Sequence record: KU521356.1
Reading direction: 5' to 3' (one strand)
Length of the DNA stretch: 64,000 nt
Both the position numbers and the translations under genes were made by a program. Below the pieces are notes generated by a model. It was given only the letters and a program-made list of their open reading frames with translations, searched no databases and was not told the origin of the DNA. Each line of letters opens with the position of its first letter. Within the stretch, counting starts at the first letter, position 1. Positions 38,488 to 47,944 of the stretch are shown here, in pieces.

Positions 38488-39009
38488 ATGGCTCTTATTT
38501 GTGGATACGGTGAAAATGCCGTGCTATTTGGCGGCGATGTTGATGTAGTCGACTATGCGATGTCTCAAAGAAAATATACCTTAGATAATAAATTCATTAT
38601 CCGTGGTATCGCTGTTATGAGTGCTGATAAAAAAGCGCGACATAGTTTCTGCCGAGCTAATAGTGAGCTGTTTCTTAGCCATCGCACAAAAGACTATAAT
38701 GTAATCACACAACAATTCCAAGAATCGGTTAATAATTATAAAGTGATGGTTTACATTGTATTCGATGACGAACTAGCCGTCTTTGTACCGAATACACCAA
38801 TCACTGTACTGAATTATAAAAATAACCCGGATGGAGTTACTGTGATTAATAAAGGTTTCCGATATAAACAAAGGGAGAGGCTTAAAGTTCTCATTAAAAC
38901 ATATCACGATGATCTATTGTTATTGGCTAAGAATATTGCAGATAATTCATTGAAAGATGTTAATCAACTAACTGTCTTTAAAGACGGAACTACCCAACGG
39001 TTTATTTAA
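38488..39009 (+). CDS. Hypothetical protein
   Basis: AGGT RBS; N-terminus faintly Ntn-like but lacks Thr1. Confidence 0.7.
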   Translation: MALICGYGENAVLFGGDVDVVDYAMSQRKYTLDNKFIIRGIAVMSADKKARHSFCRANSELFLSHRTKDYNVITQQFQESVNNYKVMVYIVFDDELAVFVPNTPITVLNYKNNPDGVTVINKGFRYKQRERLKVLIKTYHDDLLLLAKNIADNSLKDVNQLTVFKDGTTQRFI

Positions 39010-39020
39010 GGTATCTTTAC

Positions 39021-39320
39021 ATGACCACTAAACAACAGCGCATTACCTATCACTATCATTGTAAAGGTCTTAAACAGACATATCACCCAGTCATTGGTAA
39101 AGATGGGGAATTGAAACTGTCTGTACTTACACCTGATAATATTTATAGTCAATATCCATTATACGAGGATGTAAAAGATGGAGCTATTGATAAATTATGC
39201 GATCAGGTAGAACAGCTACTGAGAAAAGAACTTGTGGGTGTAATTGCTATTAAATATAATGTAGATTATCTAGCTACCCCTGGTGAAAAATTAAAAGAAG
39301 TATATAGACTCGTAATTTAA
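39021..39320 (+). CDS. Hypothetical protein
   Basis: AAGGT RBS. Confidence 0.7.
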   Translation: MTTKQQRITYHYHCKGLKQTYHPVIGKDGELKLSVLTPDNIYSQYPLYEDVKDGAIDKLCDQVEQLLRKELVGVIAIKYNVDYLATPGEKLKEVYRLVI

Positions 39321-39378
39321 TAATGGTATAATTGCCCTCCTTCGGGAGGGCTTCTATTTCGTAAAAAGGAAAATACAA

Positions 39379-39819
39379 ATGAAAGCATTCATTCCAAAAT
39401 GGCGCCAAGATCCAAATAACGTTGACCATAAGTATGGTTATGAACTGAATGCGTACACCTCTGTTTCTGGTACTCGCGTCTTCATCGAACGTCGTGTTGA
39501 ATACTACAATAAGAAAAAGAAACAATGGTGCGATGAAACAATTCAAGTAATTCATCTTGGTAAACTGAATTGTTATATTTGGAAACACTATCCAGTTATC
39601 AGTTTCAGAGATGTTGGTGTAATCTACGGTCGGTTAGAATTTGATGAACTAAAGAAAGTAAATAAACTTATTCAGAGTTCAAATTCCGTATCTATTGAAC
39701 TGATGGAATCTATTTCAAAAGAATATCAGGTTTATATCACAGCTGTAATTAATAACATCAAATATGTGTTCAGCCCTGAACGCACTTATGTATCTGATGA
39801 GGGTTACGTAGATGACTAA
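39379..39819 (+). CDS. Hypothetical protein
   Basis: AAGGAA RBS after terminator. Confidence 0.75.
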   Translation: MKAFIPKWRQDPNNVDHKYGYELNAYTSVSGTRVFIERRVEYYNKKKKQWCDETIQVIHLGKLNCYIWKHYPVISFRDVGVIYGRLEFDELKKVNKLIQSSNSVSIELMESISKEYQVYITAVINNIKYVFSPERTYVSDEGYVDD

Positions 39820-40324
39820 AACACTCCGTGTAGTACGTGTCCGTGATGGGATCGTTGATAGTCTTAATAACGATGGTCTATGGGTTAACAAACATACCTT
39901 TTGTATGGAGGAGGTATGGGAAGCCCACAAACAAACAACCCAATTCCAGTCTTACAACTGGGGGACTATGTACTTCGTTAGTGAAAATGATGTAGCATGT
40001 AATCCATATCCCCATCATCAATACCGTGAGGTATGGATCTGTCAACGAGGTGTGCAACAAAAACTGGAACTATGTGAGGATTTAGAATCCGGTATAGTTG
40101 GGGATGATCATGTTGTAGTTATTATGACTACTACGGATGGATTAGATTATAGTTTTGTGAGTGGTGTGTATGGCGACCGTATTAACTACAGTCCTTACTA
40201 TGGTGATGCCATTTCTATACCTTGTACCAATAATCAAGAAGCAGACGATGTCTATCATAGCCTAGCTAAAATGGCCAATGGCATAAGTCTATCTGTTCCT
40301 CTAGTAATGAAGCTGATTAAATGA
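39812..40324 (+). CDS. Hypothetical protein
   Basis: Overlaps upstream stop. Confidence 0.7.
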   Translation: MTKTLRVVRVRDGIVDSLNNDGLWVNKHTFCMEEVWEAHKQTTQFQSYNWGTMYFVSENDVACNPYPHHQYREVWICQRGVQQKLELCEDLESGIVGDDHVVVIMTTTDGLDYSFVSGVYGDRINYSPYYGDAISIPCTNNQEADDVYHSLAKMANGISLSVPLVMKLIK

Positions 40325-40331
40325 AGGAGTA

Positions 40332-40670
40332 ATGATTATGGATTATAAATGGCATGATAAGTTCATTATAGAAATTATTAGTAAAAGTTGTAAAAAAGAT
40401 GGAATCTGTAAAAGTTACTTAGTACGTAAAGGTTGGAGAGATGTTAATCAGCGTGATTACGCCATTTTATCACGTATTGGTTTCCATGACACTCTTTTGC
40501 TTGATGAACATGAAGTCGAATACTATTTGAACAATGTGGTATTTGATATCGTAAAGGCCGTATGGGAGTCTGAAGGTAAACCAAAAGATACTCATATGCA
40601 TATTCGGGCATTGCGTGTAGATATGGATAGTCTATCTGATAGATTCAAGATATATGCTGATGTAAACTAG
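40332..40670 (+). CDS. Hypothetical protein
   Basis: AAGGAG RBS. Confidence 0.75.
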   Translation: MIMDYKWHDKFIIEIISKSCKKDGICKSYLVRKGWRDVNQRDYAILSRIGFHDTLLLDEHEVEYYLNNVVFDIVKAVWESEGKPKDTHMHIRALRVDMDSLSDRFKIYADVN

Positions 40671-40736
40671 ATATGGATAAGCACCGGAAATCGTAAAAGA
40701 TATCCATCGTATACATTTATTAATAGGAACCTACAA

Positions 40737-41093
40737 ATGCAACTAGATAAAGACAAATTGAAAGAATTGGTAAATATCATTGAAGAGAATACACGCCTTA
40801 AAGGTAAAGTATTCCACCAGGAAGTCTACTCCAGTGTTCACGGTGAAATAGAGGTTCGCAGTTACGCTGGTACTTTCACTTTTTACAAAGATCATACCAC
40901 TGAACATTATGCAATGTTTAATGTAGAGTTTGACACACATGGTAAGGTAGTTAGATTCATAGCACCTGCACTATTACGTGCGACTGTCATTTGGGAATTG
41001 AACGAAGAACCGGAATACTACAAAATCAACATCGAGCATATGCTGATCGAAGCAGTAACCAATCACTTCAATACGGCCACACTGCTACCTTGA
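40737..41093 (+). CDS. Hypothetical protein
   Basis: AGGAA RBS. Confidence 0.75.
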   Translation: MQLDKDKLKELVNIIEENTRLKGKVFHQEVYSSVHGEIEVRSYAGTFTFYKDHTTEHYAMFNVEFDTHGKVVRFIAPALLRATVIWELNEEPEYYKINIEHMLIEAVTNHFNTATLLP

Positions 41094-41139
41094 AGTTAAT
41101 TGATAACCATAACTCTTATAAAGCATAGTGGATTTTATT

Positions 41140-41655
41140 ATGAATAAACCAGAATTACTTTACCATGGTTCTCTTTATAAACAAGATGAATTAATGCCAG
41201 GATTTAAAAGATCTGGTGAACTTGTTATGTGGGATGGTATTGAGTCTAACCAATACCTATATGCAACGTCATCTGAAAAAGATGCATCTTATTTAGGTAT
41301 TGGTAGCGCTATCGAAAAGTTATTTGATAGTGATAGATATGCTACTGTTGATAGGGATATTACAATCTATTGTCAAAATAATATCGATAAAAGTGATATT
41401 TTAAAAATGGTTGTGTATGTTTATACCATTCCATTTAGGGACTCTGACAAATGGATTAAGAATAATAATCCTCACAATAGCATTGATACTGAGTGGATTA
41501 CGAAAAACACTATCCATGATGTTACTGTAAGGAAATTAGATATTGGTGAATTTTTAAAAGGTGCTCGCTTAACTGTCACTAAAGCACCAGTGGATGTTGA
41601 TCCATTAAACATCATGTCACAATATCGTTCAGTAACAGAGCGTTATCTGTTTTAA
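41140..41655 (+). CDS. ADP-ribosyltransferase-fold (Arr-like) protein
   Basis: LYHGS...LMPG...YLYATS strand motifs. Confidence 0.5.
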   Translation: MNKPELLYHGSLYKQDELMPGFKRSGELVMWDGIESNQYLYATSSEKDASYLGIGSAIEKLFDSDRYATVDRDITIYCQNNIDKSDILKMVVYVYTIPFRDSDKWIKNNNPHNSIDTEWITKNTIHDVTVRKLDIGEFLKGARLTVTKAPVDVDPLNIMSQYRSVTERYLF

Positions 41656-41670
41656 TTAAATAGGTTAATT

Positions 41671-42135
41671 ATGTATCACATATCGACAGTATACCTTGGG
41701 GATTATGTTTTATTAAGGCCATATATTCCAAGTAATAGAGCTGATGGCGAAGACAGTGTAACCAACCGTATATGTGTGGCCCCATCAGTTATTGAATGTA
41801 TTGCAGCTAAAAGCGGGAGTTATGATATCGATCTTAATTTACTTGGTTCTAAATCAACTATTTACGCATACCGAAGTAATTCTACTGACTACATTGTAGG
41901 AAATGTACCTGATCAAAAACAATATAGGGAACACTGGTATTTAAAACCAACTTTATTTACGTATGTTGGCTCTCTGCGATTATTAGAGACTGGGGTGATT
42001 AAGGTAAGTAGTGAAGTCGATATGCATTCTAAATTAATGGTATCACATCGGTTAAACTACTTCAATAATATTATTAGTAAAGAAGAACTAATACACCATT
42101 GGCATATAGAGGCTTTATCTATTTTAAATGGTTAG
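41671..42135 (+). CDS. ADP-ribosyltransferase-fold protein, second type
   Basis: YHIS...LRPYIP...ED..RICVAPS..CI.A motif. Confidence 0.45.
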   Translation: MYHISTVYLGDYVLLRPYIPSNRADGEDSVTNRICVAPSVIECIAAKSGSYDIDLNLLGSKSTIYAYRSNSTDYIVGNVPDQKQYREHWYLKPTLFTYVGSLRLLETGVIKVSSEVDMHSKLMVSHRLNYFNNIISKEELIHHWHIEALSILNG

Positions 42136-42139
42136 ATCA

Positions 42140-42168
42140 TAATTTATTTAAGATCTATATTACAAGTG
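42140..42168 (+). promoter_or_regulatory. Early promoter
   Basis: AATTTATTTAAGATCTATATTAC, TATATTAC at 42156. Confidence 0.8.
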
Positions 42169-42190
42169 TACTATCAATAAACTAATAGGA

Positions 42191-42553
42191 GTGATACAAG
42201 TGGATTTTATAATTGAAATTATCGATAATCCCAATAGTGATACTGCGTTGTATGTTTATGATTATTGGGGTACCCTAACTACGGTTGTGGGTAATGCAAA
42301 AACCCTGGCAGAAGCATATAGTTTTAAATATTCATCCATTGACAGCATTGAAAAATTAAAAGCTGTCATTGGTAAAAATATCGAATGCATTTTTAAAGAA
42401 ATGTATGATCAATCAAATAAGGTAATTCGTGTTAATATCGTAAAAGTAGATCTAGAGAATAAGATTATTAGTAAGCGCATCGAAATTGTAAAAAGCTATA
42501 GTGTTATCAATAGTGATGATGAACTTATTCTAATCACAGATGTAGTACGGTAA
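42191..42553 (+). CDS. Early hypothetical protein
   Basis: AGGA RBS, GTG start. Confidence 0.7.
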   Translation: MIQVDFIIEIIDNPNSDTALYVYDYWGTLTTVVGNAKTLAEAYSFKYSSIDSIEKLKAVIGKNIECIFKEMYDQSNKVIRVNIVKVDLENKIISKRIEIVKSYSVINSDDELILITDVVR

Positions 42554-42594
42554 TTGAATAAATAATTCATTAATTTAACATAGGTGATATAACC

Positions 42595-43467
42595 ATGGCA
42601 CGTCGTTCTAATAAAATTCGTATTGGTTTTAACGTATCGCTTAAAGCGCTTGAACGAAATGGATCTGATGTAATTAAACTACATGATGACATCATATCTT
42701 GTTTTAGTGAACTATATCAAAATTACGTAAAAATTGATACAACTACTGACAAAGATGACAAATCACTAAAACAAGGCATTATTGATGTCGTGGTGTATGT
42801 CGATCTAAATACAGCGAACCAAGCCATTCGTTTTAAAGGTATTAGTGATCTGGTAAACCATCTACAGTTTAATGTAATGGCGAATGATGTTATCGTCGAT
42901 ACAAGTGAATATATTCAGCCTAGCCATATGTCATATATCGAAGATGGTCACCTGAATATGTTAGTGCGTCGAGAAGGTAAAGAGGTTATCAAAACCATTT
43001 TCACTGATGAATATGGTGTTGATCCACTAGTTAATAATGGATCAATAGGAGATGGATGTAGTGTTTCCGGGATCTATCTAATCGGTGAAGAAAATCGGGT
43101 TAATAAACTGGCACGTATTGTTTCTAACAACATTCGCAACGGAGAGTTTAATTTCAAGACCGAAATAGGTATCCGTAAATTCTATTGGAGTGTACTCGGA
43201 AAACCAAGTGCGCAATTTAAGTATATCCACAGTGTGGTATTTAAGTACATCCACAATGAAATATGGAACCGTAATAGTTTCTATGTGGATACACTGATTA
43301 AGCTAACCAATGGCAATGTTTATAGCTATGCTAAGAATGGTTTTGTTGGTGGACCTACTGAACTAGAATTCCATTATTATGGTGTAACTGATCGAGAAAA
43401 TTGGGATAATGCGTCAGACAATTTCCTATATCAGGAATTCGAGCAAAGTTGGTCTGTAAAAATCTAA
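42595..43467 (+). CDS. Hypothetical protein, paralog of 43524
   Basis: CSVSGIYLIGEENRVN motif. Confidence 0.75.
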   Translation: MARRSNKIRIGFNVSLKALERNGSDVIKLHDDIISCFSELYQNYVKIDTTTDKDDKSLKQGIIDVVVYVDLNTANQAIRFKGISDLVNHLQFNVMANDVIVDTSEYIQPSHMSYIEDGHLNMLVRREGKEVIKTIFTDEYGVDPLVNNGSIGDGCSVSGIYLIGEENRVNKLARIVSNNIRNGEFNFKTEIGIRKFYWSVLGKPSAQFKYIHSVVFKYIHNEIWNRNSFYVDTLIKLTNGNVYSYAKNGFVGGPTELEFHYYGVTDRENWDNASDNFLYQEFEQSWSVKI

Positions 43468-43523
43468 TACATAAAGGGCTCTTCGGAGCCCTTTATTTTT
43501 TCTTTATTTGGCAGGAATATAAA

Positions 43524-44309
43524 ATGCATCGTCGAACTATGTACAGATTTAGCTTATCATATTCCAATAAACTTATTAATAATAACCCACTTGGCTTTAC
43601 AGTCGAGAGTTATCTTGAAAGCTGGTTTGACAAACTCAAGTGCCGATTAACTAAAGGTTATACCAAAAGCCATGCTATTCATTTTCGTGGAAGTTGGAAA
43701 TACTTTGAATTAGATCAATATAAGAACAATGCTTTCTTCAATCAATATCACATGGTGATGCAGTCACTAGAAGATCTAGAAAGAAAGATTAGTGGAGTGA
43801 TTGGGTTAAGTATCAAAATCACTAAACCAGAACGACATTTATTTCATGTTCTATTTAACCATGAAAAGATTATTCTATCCCCTAATGGCATTATCTTTGA
43901 TGTACGTGTTCCAAAACACACCGTGATAGCTAATCCTGATGTTATGGGATATCGTAATTGCAATGTAGATAAACTGACGGTATTTGGCGAGCGCTCTAAA
44001 GTTAACTATGTGGTTAAACAAGTACGTTATGCCTTAAAGCAGAAAGGGGTGACAACTGTTGCCAATAGTTCAATGGCTCGTTTTTTACATGACCTATTTC
44101 ATCCAAAATACAGAGACAATCAAATTTATAACTACGGCATGACTATGTCTGATGTTTATGTAATGGCCGTATTCAAAAATGGGTATACGGAAATCTATGG
44201 TAAAGATGTAGGTGAAGTATTTGAAAGTCATACTCTAGATTTCCTAGAGCGTGAGTACATGATCTGTGGACAATATTTTCCCATGTTATCCAGAGGGCTG
44301 CTAGTATGA
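43524..44309 (+). CDS. Hypothetical protein, paralog of 42595
   Basis: CNVDKLTVFGERSKVN motif; AGGAA RBS before ATG 43524. Confidence 0.75.
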   Translation: MHRRTMYRFSLSYSNKLINNNPLGFTVESYLESWFDKLKCRLTKGYTKSHAIHFRGSWKYFELDQYKNNAFFNQYHMVMQSLEDLERKISGVIGLSIKITKPERHLFHVLFNHEKIILSPNGIIFDVRVPKHTVIANPDVMGYRNCNVDKLTVFGERSKVNYVVKQVRYALKQKGVTTVANSSMARFLHDLFHPKYRDNQIYNYGMTMSDVYVMAVFKNGYTEIYGKDVGEVFESHTLDFLEREYMICGQYFPMLSRGLLV

Positions 44310-45832
44310 TTATAGAGACCTTATTGCAATATTACGCCATGTTCATCGACATCTCTCAAAAGAATATGGTGATGGGTGGTGCGATTGGTATGGCGATTGG
44401 TGGTGTATTATGGACCACTATCCGAGGTCTACCAAGTAAGATAGTTAGATTCACATTAAATCAATTTACAGTTAGTTTACATATCACTAATACTGGTAAT
44501 GGTTTAAATGAGAAAAACTTTGACTCATTTATGGAGTGGTATATTAAACAACCATTAGCTGGATTTAATCGCCGTTTTTCAACCAACGTTGATGAGCAAA
44601 GTTATAGTGCAACTAAACAGAAAATTGGTGTTGGTTTTGGCTTACATTTCTTTCTGTTTAAAGGTAGGTTATTCTGGTTTGTAAAAGCACGCCGGGATAG
44701 CCAAAATGCCAGTCGAGACCAGATGGACATTACTATCCGTGGATTATCTAGAAGTAGTAAACTTATTATTGATTTAGTTGATGCGTACCACTGGCGTCCA
44801 AATGAAATGGGTCTTACTATCTCACATTGGGATGGTAATCGCTGGGGTAATGAAATCGAAGTTACTAAACGCGATATCAACACGGTGATTTTGCGTAAAG
44901 AGATCAAAGAAGAATTCCTTAATAAGATTGAAGAATTCTATTCTGATCGGAAATGGTACGATGATCGTGGACTACCCTATAAATTCACTTGTGTTCTAAC
45001 AGGTCCTCCTGGTACTGGTAAAACCTCAATCAGTAAAGCGATTGCCTCACATTTTAATAAAAATGTTAGTGCACTGTCATTAGCCTCTATGACCAATGAT
45101 AGTCTTAGGCGGGCATTTACTACACTACCTAAAGGTAATATTCTTCTAATTGAAGATTTCGATGATACCCCGGCAGTTAAAGATCGTGTTTTAAATGATC
45201 CTGTAAAACTAGATAAAGAGATAAAGGAATTAGAGAGGAAATATTCTTTTATTGATTTAATTGAAAAATATCCGTCTGCATGGGTTGATCTTAAAGATGA
45301 CTATGAAGGATACTCTGTAGTTGGGTTTAATGACACCATCTATATCTTTGATGAAAATAGCGATGATCAAGGTTTTGGGATAAGTGCTTATGCTATGGCT
45401 GAACTGGGTGTTTCAAAATGGGCCGATGAAAAAGATCCATTATTTACCACAATTCGCCGATGGTGGAAATTAAAGAAGTGCATGAAGAATGGAATCACGT
45501 ATGAACAACCAGCTAGCGGATTAACTTTGTCAGCTCTATTAAATGGTCTAGATGGCATTGTTCCACTAGATGAAACTATGACCATTCTAACTACAAACCA
45601 TCCTGAGAATATTGATAAAGCACTTCTAAGGAAAGGTCGCGTTGATTACATGGTGGAGATTCCATATCTACGAGATCAAGAGGTTAGGGAGTATATTAAA
45701 CTAATGTTCCCTGACTTCGATATTCCTGAAGATATCAGATTTAAAGATCAACCAGGGTGTGATGTAATGGCGGCTTTTTCAAATAACCGTTATGACCCTA
45801 ATGCTTTTATCAATAGTCTATTGAAATATTAA
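44306..45832 (+). CDS. BCS1-like membrane-anchored AAA+ ATPase
   Basis: N-terminal TM; GFGLHFFLFKGRLFWF (BCS1_N-like); WY.DRGLPYK..LTGPPGTGKTS; LLIEDFD; LTLSALLNGLDG; TTNHPE.ID.ALLR.GRVD. Confidence 0.85.
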   Translation: MIIETLLQYYAMFIDISQKNMVMGGAIGMAIGGVLWTTIRGLPSKIVRFTLNQFTVSLHITNTGNGLNEKNFDSFMEWYIKQPLAGFNRRFSTNVDEQSYSATKQKIGVGFGLHFFLFKGRLFWFVKARRDSQNASRDQMDITIRGLSRSSKLIIDLVDAYHWRPNEMGLTISHWDGNRWGNEIEVTKRDINTVILRKEIKEEFLNKIEEFYSDRKWYDDRGLPYKFTCVLTGPPGTGKTSISKAIASHFNKNVSALSLASMTNDSLRRAFTTLPKGNILLIEDFDDTPAVKDRVLNDPVKLDKEIKELERKYSFIDLIEKYPSAWVDLKDDYEGYSVVGFNDTIYIFDENSDDQGFGISAYAMAELGVSKWADEKDPLFTTIRRWWKLKKCMKNGITYEQPASGLTLSALLNGLDGIVPLDETMTILTTNHPENIDKALLRKGRVDYMVEIPYLRDQEVREYIKLMFPDFDIPEDIRFKDQPGCDVMAAFSNNRYDPNAFINSLLKY

Positions 45833-45855
45833 TATACTAAAAAGGAATCTGTAAA

Positions 45856-46254
45856 ATGAGTCTACTCAACATTCTAAATACCGTTGCGGCTGCTAATGGT
45901 TTGGTACATAACTTTCTAGAATGTGATGAAAGTTATAAAAAGGTAGTTGATAAACTGCCTTCTAAACTACATCAGCTTATTCAACGTTGTGAAAACCACC
46001 GTATCACCATTACGCCCTATCAGGTATTACTTACAGAGCTTAGTAAGCTTGATAGGGAAGTAGATGATTTTAATATCACCTATTTAAACGATACGGATGT
46101 GTCATTTAGTTATACCTCATTTCGATATCAGTATGTTGATGAGGATCGTATTACACATATCTTCATTGCTTCTGAAAAAATCGAACAGGTTCGCTCATTT
46201 GTATTGTTGGCAAAACTAACTGGTTACAATGTAACTGTAAATACATGTATTTAA
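45856..46254 (+). CDS. Hypothetical protein
   Basis: AAGGAA RBS. Confidence 0.75.
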   Translation: MSLLNILNTVAAANGLVHNFLECDESYKKVVDKLPSKLHQLIQRCENHRITITPYQVLLTELSKLDREVDDFNITYLNDTDVSFSYTSFRYQYVDEDRITHIFIASEKIEQVRSFVLLAKLTGYNVTVNTCI

Positions 46255-46345
46255 TTTTGAAAACATACTGGAGTTATTGATGTATTGAGTTGAAACTCAA
46301 TAATAACTCCTACTTTAATTTAAAAAATACAAAAGGAATATTTCC

Positions 46346-46999
46346 ATGGCGTCAATCATTAGTCTACCTTTTATCAAACTAGTAATCAGCCGTAATAATA
46401 ATTACACTGTTAACCATCAGTCAGGTACTGATAATGTACCTCATCTATGTGTTAAAGTAAAACATTCTAACGGTTATGCCTGGTTCGGTATTATCATTGT
46501 TGATTATGAAAAACGTACCAGTGGTTGGACTGAAGAAGAATTCAATGCAGTTGTAACTCGTTTCCATGAGGCAATGAATTCTCAATGTGATATCCAACGA
46601 TTAGAAACAGACATTAACCGACTAATGGATTCCATCCAAGATGTTGTTACTGGTCGGAAACGACCAACCCTATTCGGCGGTGATGGTAATGACTTCATTC
46701 AAATGCATCTTCAAAATAATATCCAACTTGATATTTATCGGAATGAAATTAACGAAGATACTCTAACCTATGGTGGGTATCGTGGTAAAGTAAGTCTTCG
46801 CCATGGTTATGAAGAATATAACTTCTTCCTGTATCATCGTGGTATTATTCTAAACCATTACATCGATGCAGAGATTGCTAAAGAGCTAATTGAAGATGCT
46901 CTTAATAAGACTTTCCCGGAGATTACTTATCTACCGCGAGCCACTGTCGAACCTACAGCAGTGGAACGCACTCGTAATAGACATCTGGATAAAAGTTAA
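46346..46999 (+). CDS. Hypothetical protein
   Basis: AAGGAA RBS. Confidence 0.75.
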   Translation: MASIISLPFIKLVISRNNNYTVNHQSGTDNVPHLCVKVKHSNGYAWFGIIIVDYEKRTSGWTEEEFNAVVTRFHEAMNSQCDIQRLETDINRLMDSIQDVVTGRKRPTLFGGDGNDFIQMHLQNNIQLDIYRNEINEDTLTYGGYRGKVSLRHGYEEYNFFLYHRGIILNHYIDAEIAKELIEDALNKTFPEITYLPRATVEPTAVERTRNRHLDKS

Positions 47000-47000
47000 A

Positions 47001-47414
47001 ATGACTAGTCAACTTATCGTAGTTGATTTACAAAACCCTAGAAATAAACATATATACAGTGAATTAACTCATGAACATCCTAGAACAATAACATCACATC
47101 TAGTTGAAGAATTAGATGATTTTGATGTTCACCAATATTCATACCAAGCGGAGTATAAATCTGGGATTGATCTTAGATTAATATTCTTTTGGGATGGACC
47201 ATACACTGAACCAAGAGAAGAAGGTTACGAACCAACTGATCTAGAGAAAAGGTGTGTGAAGTTGTGTAGGCAATATGAGGCTGCGATTAACGGGCAATTA
47301 TCTGTAGTTGATCACTCTCGGTTCCGGACGGTGTGTACCTTCAGATCAGATAATAGTTTACCAACAACTTTAGACTGGATTCATAAAGAACCCCCATCTA
47401 AAGAGGTTATGTAA
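47001..47414 (+). CDS. Hypothetical protein
   Basis: ATG directly after the upstream stop. Confidence 0.65.
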   Translation: MTSQLIVVDLQNPRNKHIYSELTHEHPRTITSHLVEELDDFDVHQYSYQAEYKSGIDLRLIFFWDGPYTEPREEGYEPTDLEKRCVKLCRQYEAAINGQLSVVDHSRFRTVCTFRSDNSLPTTLDWIHKEPPSKEVM

Positions 47415-47443
47415 AAAATAGTAAAAGAAATACACTATTCTAT

Positions 47444-47534
47444 GTAGTTCCTTTACGATTGCTCTTTTATCTTAGTTTCAGTTTTGCTGAAGAAGTACCA
47501 ATGAGATACCCTCCCCTGATCGGGGAGGGTTTTT
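47444..47534 (+). ncRNA. Candidate sRNA A (about 90 nt)
   Basis: TATGTAG at 47441; ATCTTA/TGAGAT and TTCAG/CTGAA stems; terminator CCCTCCCC-tgatc-GGGGAGGG-TTTTT; no RBS-led ORF. Confidence 0.5.
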
Positions 47535-47555
47535 GACATCTAAGAGGAAAATATA

Positions 47556-47936
47556 ATGTGCAAACAACATCGTGTAGTATCTATGAAAGTTACATGCACG
47601 CAAGCTCGCTATCCGATCGGTCTGTGCGATCTCGGATTTGATAATGCTGCTGATGCTCGGCAATATCTATTAGATGTCGTTGAGTACAATATGGATCGTC
47701 TCCACCCGCAACATGCTAATACATTCCAGCTACAAAATCTACAAGACGGGTTCGTAGTATCCTACGATATCGAAAAAGATGGATCCGTTTATCTTCGGTT
47801 AACACTGGCGGCTGTAGCTTATCAATCAATCGATCTTGAGTTGGGGGTTACCGTTAAAGAAAATGAAGGGATCAGTGTTGTAATCAAAAATTGGATCAAT
47901 GGTGAGTATACTGCGGGGAACAAATACTTGCAGTAA
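47556..47936 (+). CDS. Hypothetical protein between two candidate sRNAs
   Basis: GAGGAA RBS. Confidence 0.75.
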   Translation: MCKQHRVVSMKVTCTQARYPIGLCDLGFDNAADARQYLLDVVEYNMDRLHPQHANTFQLQNLQDGFVVSYDIEKDGSVYLRLTLAAVAYQSIDLELGVTVKENEGISVVIKNWINGEYTAGNKYLQ

Positions 47937-47944
47937 TACCATAT

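Noticed and set aside
38488-39009. Second HslV-like peptidase
   Set aside because: Only a faint N-terminal resemblance, with no Thr1 or GSG motif.
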